From Armatimonadota bacterium (GTDB lineage Bacteria; Armatimonadota; UBA5829; DTLH01): a stretch of DNA of 64,000 nucleotides. The position numbers were made by a program, and so were the translations under genes. The notes below the pieces were generated by a model. That model was not told the DNA's origin and searched no databases. It saw nothing but the letters and a program-made list of their open reading frames with translations. Position 1 is the stretch's first letter, and each line of letters begins with the position of its first letter. Shown here one piece after another: positions 19,379-29,727 of this stretch. The stretch covers positions 14,745-78,744 of the forward strand of contig JBDKUN010000042.1 in NCBI GenBank assembly GCA_039679675.1, in the 5' to 3' direction.

Positions 19379-21025
19379 ATGATTTTCATGCATGGGTGGG
19401 GATGCGATAAGCGAATTATAAACTTTACCGTTATCGGCATAATGGTTTTAATTATCGCATGTTCCGCCGCAGTCGGTGTATGTGCATCGGACCGTGGGGT
19501 AATGCTCGATGTTCGCGATGCCAGGCTCAATGATGTTGTTGTTTTACTTACTCAACAGAGCGGCGCTAACATAATCGTCAATCCTGACGTTTCTGACAAA
19601 CGTATCACTGCGGTTGTTTATGATAAACCGCTTGAAACAGTTCTTGAAAATGTGGTACGCACTGCCGGAGTAGACTTCTGGAAGACAGACGATGGCACCT
19701 ATATAATCGGTGCAAAGCGCCCGGAACCTGCTAAGGCTGTTGAGCCTGTAACCGCACCGGCACAGCAGGAGCCTGTAGAAAAGCCTAAATACTATAAGGA
19801 AAAAATAACGCTCGTATACAGCCATCCTGTAGAATTGCTTGAATCTATGGGCCTAACATTCGATAACCAACCCGATGTACAGAAACACTTTGCCAAAACG
19901 AAACCTGTCGGCAAGGTACTCGGTGTTCTTGATGAAGACGAATATAATACAGGAATCAGATTCAATAATGTAAACGATCAGGGCTCTGTTCCTCCCGCAG
20001 TTGATTCCGGTAATTCCGGTGCAGCTGTAGCTGGACGCAGCGCAACCGCTGCTGATGGCGCTGGTCAGTATCCCGGTGCTGGTGGAAGGTCGGGAGGTTA
20101 TCCTTCAAGTGCAGGATCGCCTCCTGGTATGTCTTCTTCTCGTGGCGGGACCGGCAGCACTAGTAACAGATCCAGCAGTCTTCTTCCTGACGGTGTAGAC
20201 TTGGTTCAGCCATTCCCGCTGGACAACTCTATTATCGTTCGCGGAACATGGGAAGGCATTTCTGAGTTCAAAGAACTTATTCATATGCTTGATGTACCTC
20301 CGAAGCAGGTAAGTATCAAGGCTGAATTCATAGAAGTAACTACAAACGATGTAAAAAGGCTTGGTATTGACTGGAGTCTTGAGAGACTGAATGAAACGAT
20401 CAACACCAACTTCAACCCAAGTGGTAACGTTATCGTTGGTGTCACTACGGGCAACCTGGCGGCTTCGCTTCGCACAGAGTTGACCAAGAGCTCAGGTAAT
20501 ATCATTAACTCACCTATTATCTCTACACTTAACAATGAATATGCAGAGATTAACATAGGATCACAGATACCTTACTGGACATCGTCCATGGTCACAACAT
20601 CGACTGGGGTTGTATCCAACAGTGAAGTAAATTCTATTAATATAGAAACCTACCTGAGGGTTCTGCCAAGAGTAAATGGAGACGGAACCATAACACTTGA
20701 GCTTATGCCAAGTGTACAGGACACAGGGACTATGTATACTGCTCCTGACGGCCAGAGCCAGTTACCTGAGACCAGGTATCAGACACTGCAGACTCGGCGA
20801 CGGGTTATGAGCGGTGAGACTATTGTAGTTGGTGGATTTATCAGAAAAGACCAATCGACAAGCACTACGCAGATACCGATTCTCGGCAGCCTGCCTATTA
20901 TTGGCCCGTTATTCCGATCATCATCTACGACTTCAGAGGACCGCGAGCTGCTGATCTTTGTTACTCCCACCATTATCGGTGAGAAATCAACGGGCAGCTC
21001 AGTAGGTGTTTCAACATATCCGTAG
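19379..21025 (+). CDS. pilQ: Secretin (PilQ/GspD family, copy 1)
   Basis: N0 domain, QVSIKAEFIEV, GETIVVGGFI, IPILGSLPIIGPLF, ELLIFVTPTII; start at ATG after GAGGAGG. Confidence 0.88.
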   Translation: MIFMHGWGCDKRIINFTVIGIMVLIIACSAAVGVCASDRGVMLDVRDARLNDVVVLLTQQSGANIIVNPDVSDKRITAVVYDKPLETVLENVVRTAGVDFWKTDDGTYIIGAKRPEPAKAVEPVTAPAQQEPVEKPKYYKEKITLVYSHPVELLESMGLTFDNQPDVQKHFAKTKPVGKVLGVLDEDEYNTGIRFNNVNDQGSVPPAVDSGNSGAAVAGRSATAADGAGQYPGAGGRSGGYPSSAGSPPGMSSSRGGTGSTSNRSSSLLPDGVDLVQPFPLDNSIIVRGTWEGISEFKELIHMLDVPPKQVSIKAEFIEVTTNDVKRLGIDWSLERLNETINTNFNPSGNVIVGVTTGNLAASLRTELTKSSGNIINSPIISTLNNEYAEINIGSQIPYWTSSMVTTSTGVVSNSEVNSINIETYLRVLPRVNGDGTITLELMPSVQDTGTMYTAPDGQSQLPETRYQTLQTRRRVMSGETIVVGGFIRKDQSTSTTQIPILGSLPIIGPLFRSSSTTSEDRELLIFVTPTIIGEKSTGSSVGVSTYP

Positions 21026-21107
21026 AGGATATTAACACTCATTTGTGAATATAATTGTGGGGATTGTTTCAAAGCAATCCCCACTTTCGCTATTAAGGGA
21101 GCGTTTA

Positions 21108-22244
21108 TTGTTTCGCTTTCTAACTGCAGGTGAATCCCACGGAGAGATGCTGGTTGCAATAATCGACGGCGTACCGGCAGGATTACCTCTCACGGCTGAA
21201 TATATCGATTTTGACCTTTCACGGCGTCAAAAAGGATACGGGCGCAGTGAAAGGATGTCTATTGAAGAGGACAAAGTCAGTATTCTATCCGGCGTGAGAT
21301 TCGGTATTACCCTTGGAAGCCCCATAGCATTATCAATACCCAACCACGACCGGCAAAGTTTCATGAACGTTCAGCCGGTTGACCAGAGTAGCAGAGATCC
21401 CGATGTAATCCCCCGGCCTGGGCATGCCGACCTCGCCGGTTCTATTAAGTACGGACATTCGGACATTCGTAACGTTCTGGAACGGGCGAGCGCCAGAGAG
21501 ACAGCAGCAAGAGTCGCGGTCGGTGCAGTTGCAAAACGTATTCTTCTGGAACTGGATATACATATCGCAAGTCATGTAATAACGATAGGCGATATTTGCG
21601 AAGAGCAATCCGCTGGCATGTCTCTTAAAGAGATCCAGAAACGTTCCGAAGCATCTCCAGTCCGGTGCCTTGATAAAATATCTGAACAGGCGATGATTGC
21701 TGAGATAGAAAAGGCAGCCAGTAGAGGTGACACGCTTGGCGGAGTGTTTGAGATCATAGCATCCGGTGTCCCGGTTGGGCTAGGAAGCTATACGCATTGG
21801 GACCGGCGGCTGGATGGGGAATTAGCCAAAGCTGTTATGAGTATTCCGGGAATAAAAGGGGTCGAGGTAGGGCTTGGATTTCAAGCTGCGCAACTTCCTG
21901 GATCACAGGTCCACGACGAAATACATTATGACGGTGTTTCTTACACCAGGCCATCCAATAACGCTGGTGGAATTGAGGGAGGAGTCTCGAACGGTGAACG
22001 AATAATCGTAAGAGCGGCTATGAAGCCGATCCCTACCCTCACCCAACAACTGCAATCAGTCGATATGAAGACGAAAGAGCCGATGCCTGCCTTTGCAGAG
22101 AGGTCGGATGTATGTGCAGTACCATCAGCAGCGGTGGTCGGCGAATCGATGACAGCTATCACTCTCGCAACCGCAGTTCTTGAGAAATTCGGCGGAGATA
22201 ATCTGGACGAACTCAAAAGGAACTTTATCGCGTATAATCAGTAA
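21108..22244 (+). CDS. aroC: Chorismate synthase
   Basis: FLTAGESHG, RPGHAD, ERASARETA, RSDVCAVP; TTG start behind AAGGGAG. Confidence 0.97.
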   Translation: MFRFLTAGESHGEMLVAIIDGVPAGLPLTAEYIDFDLSRRQKGYGRSERMSIEEDKVSILSGVRFGITLGSPIALSIPNHDRQSFMNVQPVDQSSRDPDVIPRPGHADLAGSIKYGHSDIRNVLERASARETAARVAVGAVAKRILLELDIHIASHVITIGDICEEQSAGMSLKEIQKRSEASPVRCLDKISEQAMIAEIEKAASRGDTLGGVFEIIASGVPVGLGSYTHWDRRLDGELAKAVMSIPGIKGVEVGLGFQAAQLPGSQVHDEIHYDGVSYTRPSNNAGGIEGGVSNGERIIVRAAMKPIPTLTQQLQSVDMKTKEPMPAFAERSDVCAVPSAAVVGESMTAITLATAVLEKFGGDNLDELKRNFIAYNQ

Positions 22245-22304
22245 TAAAAGTCGGCAGATTAGGCGAGGTTACTGGCCACCCGCTTCACAAAGGCGTGATC
22301 AAAA

Positions 22305-22826
22305 ATGAAGAATATCGTATTGATTGGCTTCATGGGTACTGGCAAGAGCCGAGTCGGTCACATGGTAGCTCGCAAGCTTGGTATGAAATTCATCGATACG
22401 GATGATCTTATATCTCAAAGGTTACAGATGCCCGTTTCAGACATTTTTGCAAGGCTCGGAGAAGGCAAATTCAGGGAAATAGAGCAGCAGACAATAGCGG
22501 ATGTATCTCTGAAATCCCGTCATGTCATTGCTACTGGCGGTGGCGTTCCCATTCTCAAGGACAATGTCGATAATCTGAAGACAAACGGAATATTGTTCTG
22601 TCTTTCAGCAAGCCCGGAGATCATATACCGGCGCACACTACGTGCTGATACACGTCCGTTGCTCAAAAGTGAGAACAAACTGGAGCATATAAAGAGTCTG
22701 ATGGAATCCAGACACCTCTACTATTCAGTCGCCGACTACCATATCGACACTTCTTCGCGTCCGGCCAGTGCCGTGGCACGGGAAATCGTGGAATTATATC
22801 AGTCTGATGGCAACAATCAAGGTTGA
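22305..22826 (+). CDS. aroK: Shikimate kinase
   Basis: GFMGTGKS, DTD, GEGKFR, ATGGG, RPLL. Confidence 0.96.
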   Translation: MKNIVLIGFMGTGKSRVGHMVARKLGMKFIDTDDLISQRLQMPVSDIFARLGEGKFREIEQQTIADVSLKSRHVIATGGGVPILKDNVDNLKTNGILFCLSASPEIIYRRTLRADTRPLLKSENKLEHIKSLMESRHLYYSVADYHIDTSSRPASAVAREIVELYQSDGNNQG

Positions 22827-23910
22827 TCTTGGAAAAAACAGCTACGAGATCGTTGTAAAGAACGGTATCCTCAAAAACGCGGGCGCAGAGATAGCCAGAG
22901 CATGCCGGGGAAGAACAGCAGTTGTTGTAACCGAAGCCGGTATATACGAGCTTTACGGGCACAGCCTGATGGACAGTCTATCTTCCGCCGGGTTTCATGT
23001 GTTCACTACCATGATTCCTGGCGGCGAAGATTGCAAGGTGTTCGATACGGCAATCGAGCTCTATAACCGCCTCCTCGGTTTCGGAATCGACCGGTCAGGA
23101 GTACTAATCACCCTCGGCGGCGGCATAACAGGCGACCTCGGTGGTTTTGCAGCAGCCACCTACCTTCGGGGAATCGACTTCATCAATATTCCGACGACAC
23201 TTCTGGCGCAGGTGGACGCAAGCATCGGAGGAAAGGTCGGAGTTAACCTGATCGAGGGTAAAAACCTGGTCGGTGCGTTTCATCAGCCCAGGAGAGTGCT
23301 CATCGACCCCGACCTCATAGCTACTCTCCCCTACCCCGAACTCGCGAGCGGCTTGGCCGAGATAATCAAACATGGTATAATAGCTGATCAAGAGATGTTC
23401 TATTTTATCCGATCTCGAACCGATGCAATTCGCGGGATGGAGAGCGACACTCTTGAAAATGTTATCGTCCGGTCTTGTGAGATTAAGGCAGATATCGTAT
23501 CCAAAGACGAGAAAGAATCAGGGCTTCGAGCTGTTCTTAATTACGGACATACGGTCGGACATGGAATCGAAGCGGCTACCGGTTACTCCAGATATACTCA
23601 TGGAGAAGCTGTCTCCATTGGGATGGTTACAGCCGCGCTTATTTCCGAGACTGCCGGGTTGGCAGCGCGGGGAATAGCGGAGGAAATAGCGGAAACGCTT
23701 CAGTATTTCTCGCTCCCTGTCTTATTGGATGCGGATGTCGATCTTGATAAGGTCATAGCAGCTATGAAATATGACAAGAAGTCCGTATCCCGAAAACTCA
23801 AGTTCATACTGCCTAAGCGGATCGGAAAAGTTATAATAACCGACAGCGTGACCGAAGCTGATATACGGCAGGCTATGGAAAAGCAGGCCATGCTCTTCGG
23901 ACAAGATTGA
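22807..23910 (+). CDS. aroB: 3-dehydroquinate synthase
   Basis: LGGGITGDLGGF, PTTLLAQVDASIGGK, LNYGHTVGH, HGEAV. Confidence 0.97.
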   Translation: MATIKVDLGKNSYEIVVKNGILKNAGAEIARACRGRTAVVVTEAGIYELYGHSLMDSLSSAGFHVFTTMIPGGEDCKVFDTAIELYNRLLGFGIDRSGVLITLGGGITGDLGGFAAATYLRGIDFINIPTTLLAQVDASIGGKVGVNLIEGKNLVGAFHQPRRVLIDPDLIATLPYPELASGLAEIIKHGIIADQEMFYFIRSRTDAIRGMESDTLENVIVRSCEIKADIVSKDEKESGLRAVLNYGHTVGHGIEAATGYSRYTHGEAVSIGMVTAALISETAGLAARGIAEEIAETLQYFSLPVLLDADVDLDKVIAAMKYDKKSVSRKLKFILPKRIGKVIITDSVTEADIRQAMEKQAMLFGQD

Positions 23911-23919
23911 GAATATAAA

Positions 23920-24105
23920 ATGGCGAATCGGCTCATTGGTTTTTGGATACTTTTTGTTACAATAATCTTCATTGCTGGCTTTTTCTCACAAATAGCCGCA
24001 TCTCTGGAGCCGTTCGGTCGTTATACATATTTAGCAGCACTCTTCATCAGTGTGGCAGCTATTGTGCTAATACTGATGCGACACCGATGTAATGGAGCAG
24101 ATTAA
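23920..24105 (+). CDS. Small two-TM membrane protein
   Basis: 61 aa, two hydrophobic stretches, stop overlaps the next start. Confidence 0.6.
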   Translation: MANRLIGFWILFVTIIFIAGFFSQIAASLEPFGRYTYLAALFISVAAIVLILMRHRCNGAD

Positions 24106-25190
24106 TGGCAAGATCTAAAGTCGCAGTTTTGAAAACAAGTCCCGAAACAGTGGTAGAAGACTATGGCCGGCTGATGAAGATGGCGGATTTCGAAGACCAC
24201 CTGCCCAAGGACAAAGATACTATCCTCAAGATTAACATATCTTGGCATTATTACTATCCGGCTTGCTCCACAACACCATGGCAGTTCGATGGCATAACTA
24301 AAGCTCTTCGAGATGCAGGATACGGTAAACTGATCCCCGCGCAAAACCGGACAGTAGTCGTAGACCCCAAAGTAGGCGCTAAAAACAATCATCTCGAATC
24401 GGTCATCGAAAAACACGGCCTTGAGTTCGTTTACCTCTATGAGGACGGATCAGAATGGATCAAATACGAGCCCAAGGCAAAGATGCTTGTGCTCGACAAG
24501 GTATTCCCTGACGGGATTATGATCCCCAAGCTGTTTCTGGATAAGAATGCCATTCACATGCCGACACTCAAAACGCATGTTTTCACCACAATGACAGGCG
24601 CTATGAAGAATGCCTTCGGTGGGCTTCTTCGCGAAAACAGGCACTGGACGCATTCAGTGATCCATGAGACACTCGTGGACCTGCTCGCCATTCAAAAAGA
24701 GATCCACCCCGGCATATTCGCGGTCACGGACGGGACCATCGCAGGCGACGGACCGGGACCGAGAGCGATGGTGCCGATCATCAAGAACTATATACTGGCA
24801 AGCGCCGATCAAGTCGCAATCGATGCAGTTGCGGCCAAGATGATGGGATTCGACCCAATGTCTCTCAAGTTCATCAGGCTGGCGCATGAGCATGGGCTTG
24901 GAACCGGAGACGTTAAAGAGATCGAAGTCGTCGGTGAAGATATTTCCGAAGTGAACTTCCATTTCCATGAGAAACAGGAAACTTTTGCGTCACGCGGACA
25001 GAAATTGATATATCACGGCCCGCTGAAACCGCTTGAGAATATACTCCTTCGCAGCTGCATCGCGCCATGGTCGTATTACGCATCCAGGCTTTATTATGAT
25101 GGATACTGGTACCGATGCATCGGTAAAGGCAGAGTGAAAAAGATTCTTCAGACTGAATGGGGCAAACTATTTGAAAGTTATGGGAGATGA
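24105..25190 (+). CDS. DUF362 domain protein (Fe-S related)
   Basis: LKINISW, PTLKTH, TGAMKNAFG, GDGPGP, DQVAIDAVAAKMMGFDP. Confidence 0.85.
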   Translation: MARSKVAVLKTSPETVVEDYGRLMKMADFEDHLPKDKDTILKINISWHYYYPACSTTPWQFDGITKALRDAGYGKLIPAQNRTVVVDPKVGAKNNHLESVIEKHGLEFVYLYEDGSEWIKYEPKAKMLVLDKVFPDGIMIPKLFLDKNAIHMPTLKTHVFTTMTGAMKNAFGGLLRENRHWTHSVIHETLVDLLAIQKEIHPGIFAVTDGTIAGDGPGPRAMVPIIKNYILASADQVAIDAVAAKMMGFDPMSLKFIRLAHEHGLGTGDVKEIEVVGEDISEVNFHFHEKQETFASRGQKLIYHGPLKPLENILLRSCIAPWSYYASRLYYDGYWYRCIGKGRVKKILQTEWGKLFESYGR

Positions 25191-26914
25191 CGAAGTTGAT
25201 CGGACAAGTGGTCAACTACAGATACGAAATTCTCGAAAAGAGCGGAGACGGTAGCTTTTTCTCGGTATACAGAGCCAGAGATAAGGTGCTAAACCGGCTC
25301 GTCGCCGTTAAAACAATGGTCCCGCAGTATTCTCAAAACCGCGAATTTGCCGAGCGGATGATTGAGGAAACCCAGATGGTGTCAGACCTCAATCATCCGA
25401 ATATCGCCAAGGTGCTTGAGGCAGATAATGACAACGGAACCTACTTCACGGCTGTCGAGTATGTGCGGGGCATAAACTTAAAGGAGAGGATCCGCCGCAC
25501 GGCTCCTTTCACCATCTCCTATGCTGTCGATATAGCCGTCGCGGTCGGCTCCGCACTGGAATATGCGCACCGGCAGGGAGTGGTCCACGGAGATGTCCGG
25601 CCCCAAAACATCCTCACTAACCCTGAAGGCCAGGTAAAGCTGACGGATTTCGGCACAGCCAGGGCACTTTCTGCTTTTCCTGCGATAAGAGAGGCCGTAA
25701 TGCTGCGTTCAGTGCATTATATGTCTCCTGAAGTAATACGCGGCGAGGCTCCAGAGCCGGCAAGTGATGTGTATTCACTGGGCGTAGTGCTATACGAGAT
25801 GCTGACAGGCTCGGTTCCGTTCGATGCCGCAACATCTGCAGCCATCGCAGCCAGAACGCTGCAGGACCCGGTCCCCTCACCCCATGTAATGAACGCCGGT
25901 GTACCGGCGATCCTTAACGAGATCGTCATGAAGGCAATGCACAAAGACCCGTCCCAGCGGTTCGAAAGCGCGGCAGATTTTGTATCCGCACTTATGAAAG
26001 TCAAGGATTGGCTGCGAACGGGATATATTCTGTCGGCACCTGAACACCCGAAGGCTGAATCGGCAGAAGAATTGATTTACGAGACCGATGAAAAATCCCA
26101 GAGCTTCTTCAAGACTACGGCTGTCTGGCTGCTTGCGGTATTTGTCGTCGCTATAGTCACCGCCGGGTTAGTGGCATGGCTGTTCGGGGAGAAGCAGACC
26201 CTGCCGGTTCCAGATCTGATAGGAAAGACTTTGGAACAGGCAAGAGAGATTGCCGGAAGGACAGGACTCGAGATAAAAGATAACGATGTTCACCAGGAAT
26301 ATAATAATGAAGCAGACAAAGGGTTGGTCTATGCTATGAGCCCACGGCAGGGCGGCACTGTTTCAAAAGAACAACCGTTCATCCAGGTATGGATCAGTAA
26401 AGGGCCTCAACTCGTGGAAGTACCGAGTGTTGTAGGGCTGACAATTGATGAAGCTGAAAGTAAAATAAACAATGCCGGGTTAGTAGTCAAGCGTCTGACC
26501 TCGGAATACAGCGATACGGTACCGTCTGATCACATTATCCGGCAATCCCCTACTTCCGGTGAGAATTTAGAACCCATGAAGGAAGTAAACATCGTTTTGA
26601 GCCTCGGAAAAAATCCGATGGAAACAGATCAGACTACCAGTGACGATACATCCGGCGCCAACGATACGAACTCACAACCCAGGTCATTCCTGGTAAAGGT
26701 TCAGGTTCCCAGTGATGCCACCGAGCCGCAGCAGGTGCGGATAGTCGTCATCGACGATAACGGCGAAAATGAGGCTTACAACGAATATCACGATCCAGGT
26801 GACAGCTTTACACAGGAAGTTACTGGTACCGGTGACAAGATACGTGTGAAAGTATACGTCGGAGATGAGCTACTGAAAGACGAAGTCCATAGCAGCAGAG
26901 GCCGAAGACGATAG
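25187..26914 (+). CDS. pknB: PknB/PrkC-type Ser/Thr kinase with two PASTA domains
   Basis: VAVK, HGDVRPQN, DFG, YMSPE, DVYSLG; TM; VPDLIGK and VPSVVGL PASTA repeats. Confidence 0.88.
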   Translation: MTKLIGQVVNYRYEILEKSGDGSFFSVYRARDKVLNRLVAVKTMVPQYSQNREFAERMIEETQMVSDLNHPNIAKVLEADNDNGTYFTAVEYVRGINLKERIRRTAPFTISYAVDIAVAVGSALEYAHRQGVVHGDVRPQNILTNPEGQVKLTDFGTARALSAFPAIREAVMLRSVHYMSPEVIRGEAPEPASDVYSLGVVLYEMLTGSVPFDAATSAAIAARTLQDPVPSPHVMNAGVPAILNEIVMKAMHKDPSQRFESAADFVSALMKVKDWLRTGYILSAPEHPKAESAEELIYETDEKSQSFFKTTAVWLLAVFVVAIVTAGLVAWLFGEKQTLPVPDLIGKTLEQAREIAGRTGLEIKDNDVHQEYNNEADKGLVYAMSPRQGGTVSKEQPFIQVWISKGPQLVEVPSVVGLTIDEAESKINNAGLVVKRLTSEYSDTVPSDHIIRQSPTSGENLEPMKEVNIVLSLGKNPMETDQTTSDDTSGANDTNSQPRSFLVKVQVPSDATEPQQVRIVVIDDNGENEAYNEYHDPGDSFTQEVTGTGDKIRVKVYVGDELLKDEVHSSRGRRR

Positions 26915-26968
26915 CCTTTGATATTCACCTCTGTGTGAGTATCACAAAATAGAATTGGTGACGGAATT

Positions 26969-27649
26969 TTGGAAATTAATATTGCACCATCGCTTCTATC
27001 CGCTGATTTTGCGGACCTGACAGACGCTCTGCGCCAGGCAGAGGCCGGAGGAGCGAAATATTTACATTTCGACATAATGGACGGTCATTTTGTCCCGAAT
27101 ATTACGTTCGGGCCATTGGTCGTACGGGCACTCAGGCCGCTTACAAAGATAAATTTTGATGTGCACCTTATGATCTACGGCGCGGAGCACTACATTGAGG
27201 AATTTGCCGGCGCAGGAGCTGATTTAATCACCGTTCATGCCGAGGCTTGCCCTCATCTGCACCGTGTAATCCAGCAGATCAAAGCCGCTGGAGCGAGTCC
27301 GGGTGTCGCTCTTAATCCGGCTACTCCCCTATCAGCCATCGAGCACGTAATCGAGGACGTCGATCTTGTTCTAGTGATGACTGTCAATCCCGGATTCGGC
27401 GGACAGAAGTTCATTGAGTCGATGCTGCCCAAGATCAGCCAGGCCAGGGAATTGGTTGATAAGACAGGCCGAAAGATAGACATCGAAGTCGACGGCGGGG
27501 TGGATTTGAACACATGCCGAAAGGTAACAGCGGCAGGCGCTAACCTGCTCGTGGCCGGAAATTCCGTCTATAATAACCATCTTGGGATTTCAGAGGCCGT
27601 GCGTTTGTTGAAAGCCGAAGCCGAGAGTGTAATGTCTAGGGGGCGGTGA
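26969..27649 (+). CDS. rpe: Ribulose-phosphate 3-epimerase
   Basis: IAPSLLSADF, HFDIMDGHFVPN, MTVNPGFGGQ, EVDGG. Confidence 0.97.
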   Translation: MEINIAPSLLSADFADLTDALRQAEAGGAKYLHFDIMDGHFVPNITFGPLVVRALRPLTKINFDVHLMIYGAEHYIEEFAGAGADLITVHAEACPHLHRVIQQIKAAGASPGVALNPATPLSAIEHVIEDVDLVLVMTVNPGFGGQKFIESMLPKISQARELVDKTGRKIDIEVDGGVDLNTCRKVTAAGANLLVAGNSVYNNHLGISEAVRLLKAEAESVMSRGR

Positions 27650-27656
27650 GCTTGAA

Positions 27657-28007
27657 ATGATCATCAGGGTCATCATTTATGTAGCGATTGCCGTAATAGC
27701 GATTGCGATCCTCGCGGAGGTTCGCAGGTGGATAAAAGGCTCGCGTCTGATCAGCAAGTCGCAGAAAGCCTACAGGCTTTCTGCTGCAATATCGCTTGAA
27801 GCTCTTCTTCTTATGTTTCTATTCGGCAAGTCAATCTCCGGCTGCAACCCGCTGTTTCAGATCAGCTACTGGAGCACCGCAACGGCACTCACCTTTATTG
27901 TGGTGGTTCTCGGTCTGCTTGACGTAAAAGCTACGCTCGTCACCTTCCAGGAACAGCGTCGAGAGATGTTCAGCGACCTGATCGGCAGGGAAAAACGAAA
28001 AGAATAG
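27657..28007 (+). CDS. Hypothetical membrane protein (3 TM)
   Basis: Hydrophobic ORF tightly packed between rpe and ribD. Confidence 0.7.
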   Translation: MIIRVIIYVAIAVIAIAILAEVRRWIKGSRLISKSQKAYRLSAAISLEALLLMFLFGKSISGCNPLFQISYWSTATALTFIVVVLGLLDVKATLVTFQEQRREMFSDLIGREKRKE

Positions 28008-28009
28008 GC

Positions 28010-29095
28010 ATGGAAGTTTTTATGAAACGGGCGCTCGCGCTCGCGCGGCGTGGAAATACCAGCCCGAACCCAATGGTCGGCGCTGTCGTCGTTAAGGACG
28101 GCGTAATAGTTGGTGAAGGCTATCATAAACGCGCTGGAGAGCCTCATGCCGAGGTTATCGCGCTTCGTAATGCAGGCGAATTGGCTTCCGGTGCCGATCT
28201 TTACGTAACACTTGAGCCATGCTGCCACTTTGGGAAGACCCCGCCCTGCACAAAAGCCGTTATAAAAGCCGGAATAAAATCCGTTACCGCTGCAATGGTC
28301 GACCCGAACCCTAAAGTAGCAGGGAAAGGGCTTGCGGAGCTCGAAGCCGCAGGGATACATACCCGCGTCGGGGTTCTCGAAGAAGAAGCGCGTAAGCTGA
28401 ATGAGGTTTTTATCAAGTTTATTACGACTGGGCTGCCGTTCGTCACTCTGAAGCTCGCAATGACGCTCGACGGCAAGATCGCTACCTGTACCGGCGACTC
28501 TAAATGGATCAGTTCCGATGAATCTCGACGAATCGTCCACCGGTTAAGGGAACGAACAGATGCAGTTTTGGTCGGAATCGGGACCGTGCTTGCCGATAAT
28601 CCCGAACTTACAGCGCGAAACGGAGCGCGGAGGGCCTATCCTGCCAGAGTCGTAGTCGACAGTTCTGCAAGAACTCCTGTCAATGCAAAACTCTTCTCGC
28701 AGCCGAGTGGTGAGACAATAATTGCTGTTTGTGATGGAACTGCTGAGGCTAATTCACTGAAACTAAAGCAAGCTGGCGCGCGTATAATAAAAGTAGGCGG
28801 CGAAGCAGAAGAGGTAAGTCTCCCTGCTCTGATACAGGAGCTTGGGCGTATGCAAAAGACAAGCGTGCTGATCGAAGGCGGAGGAAGAATCGCCGCAAGC
28901 GCCCTTTCTTCCGGCATTGTAGATAAAATTTTGGTGTTCATTGCGCCTAAGATAGTAGGCGGAGAATCAGCCTTGACTCCGGTAGAGGGGCCCGGCATTG
29001 CAGCCATGGCTGATGCACTCCGGCTCAAGAATATGAGTGTAAAGAAGGTCGGGTGCGACCTTATGATTGAGGCATATCCGTGTTCACAGGGTTAG
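28010..29095 (+). CDS. ribD: Bifunctional diaminohydroxyphosphoribosylaminopyrimidine deaminase/reductase
   Basis: PNPMVG, HAE, TLEPCCH..TPPC, LIEGG. Confidence 0.97.
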   Translation: MEVFMKRALALARRGNTSPNPMVGAVVVKDGVIVGEGYHKRAGEPHAEVIALRNAGELASGADLYVTLEPCCHFGKTPPCTKAVIKAGIKSVTAAMVDPNPKVAGKGLAELEAAGIHTRVGVLEEEARKLNEVFIKFITTGLPFVTLKLAMTLDGKIATCTGDSKWISSDESRRIVHRLRERTDAVLVGIGTVLADNPELTARNGARRAYPARVVVDSSARTPVNAKLFSQPSGETIIAVCDGTAEANSLKLKQAGARIIKVGGEAEEVSLPALIQELGRMQKTSVLIEGGGRIAASALSSGIVDKILVFIAPKIVGGESALTPVEGPGIAAMADALRLKNMSVKKVGCDLMIEAYPCSQG

Positions 29096-29724
29096 TTGAA
29101 GAAATAGGCACAGTCAGATCGATAACGCGAGGAGCGGGAGCAGAGCTTCGGATCGCGACGCATGTCGTATCTGACGGCGCAAAAATCGGCGACAGTATCG
29201 CGATAAACGGCACCTGCTTGACGGTCACTAAGATTACGGGAAACGAACTGAGTTTCGATGCAGTCGAGGAGACACTCAGCAGAAGCAGTCTGGGAAGTCT
29301 GAAACCGGGCGATGCAGTGAACATGGAGCGCTCCGTATCTGCAGACCGGCTATTCGGCGGGCACTTTGTTTTGGGACACGTGGACGGGCTCGGCACAATT
29401 CAGAGTTTCGATAAGAAACCGGGTGAGACTACGCTTATTATAAAAGCCCCTGAAGAAGTGATGCGGTACGTCGTCACTAAGGGGTCGATCGCGATAGACG
29501 GAATAAGCCTTACAGTGGCATCCTGCACAGAAGACGGGTTCAGAGTGGCGGTGATCCCGCATACATTTGCAAACACCACACTCGCGTCCAAGCGTGCGGG
29601 AGACACGGTAAATCTCGAAACAGATATACTTGGTAAATACGTAGAAAAGTTCATCTCCGGTCGGTCGCAGAAACGAAGTATTACAGAGCAGTTTCTGGCC
29701 GATTCGGGTTTTTTGGAGGGTTAA
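29080..29724 (+). CDS. ribE: Riboflavin synthase
   Basis: MFTGLVEE, GDSIAINGTCLTV, GGHFVLGHVDG, KGSIAIDGISLTV. Confidence 0.97.
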   Translation: MFTGLVEEIGTVRSITRGAGAELRIATHVVSDGAKIGDSIAINGTCLTVTKITGNELSFDAVEETLSRSSLGSLKPGDAVNMERSVSADRLFGGHFVLGHVDGLGTIQSFDKKPGETTLIIKAPEEVMRYVVTKGSIAIDGISLTVASCTEDGFRVAVIPHTFANTTLASKRAGDTVNLETDILGKYVEKFISGRSQKRSITEQFLADSGFLEG

Positions 29725-29727
29725 CAG

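Noticed and set aside
18653..21025. Frameshifted single secretin gene
   Set aside because: Both ORFs have their own signal peptide, N0 domain and RBS
27960..28010. FMN riboswitch before the rib genes
   Set aside because: ribD starts 2 nt after the upstream ORF; no RFN consensus visible
28592..28599. GCCGATAA inside ribD
   Set aside because: Coding context (Ala-Asp-Asn); treated as chance
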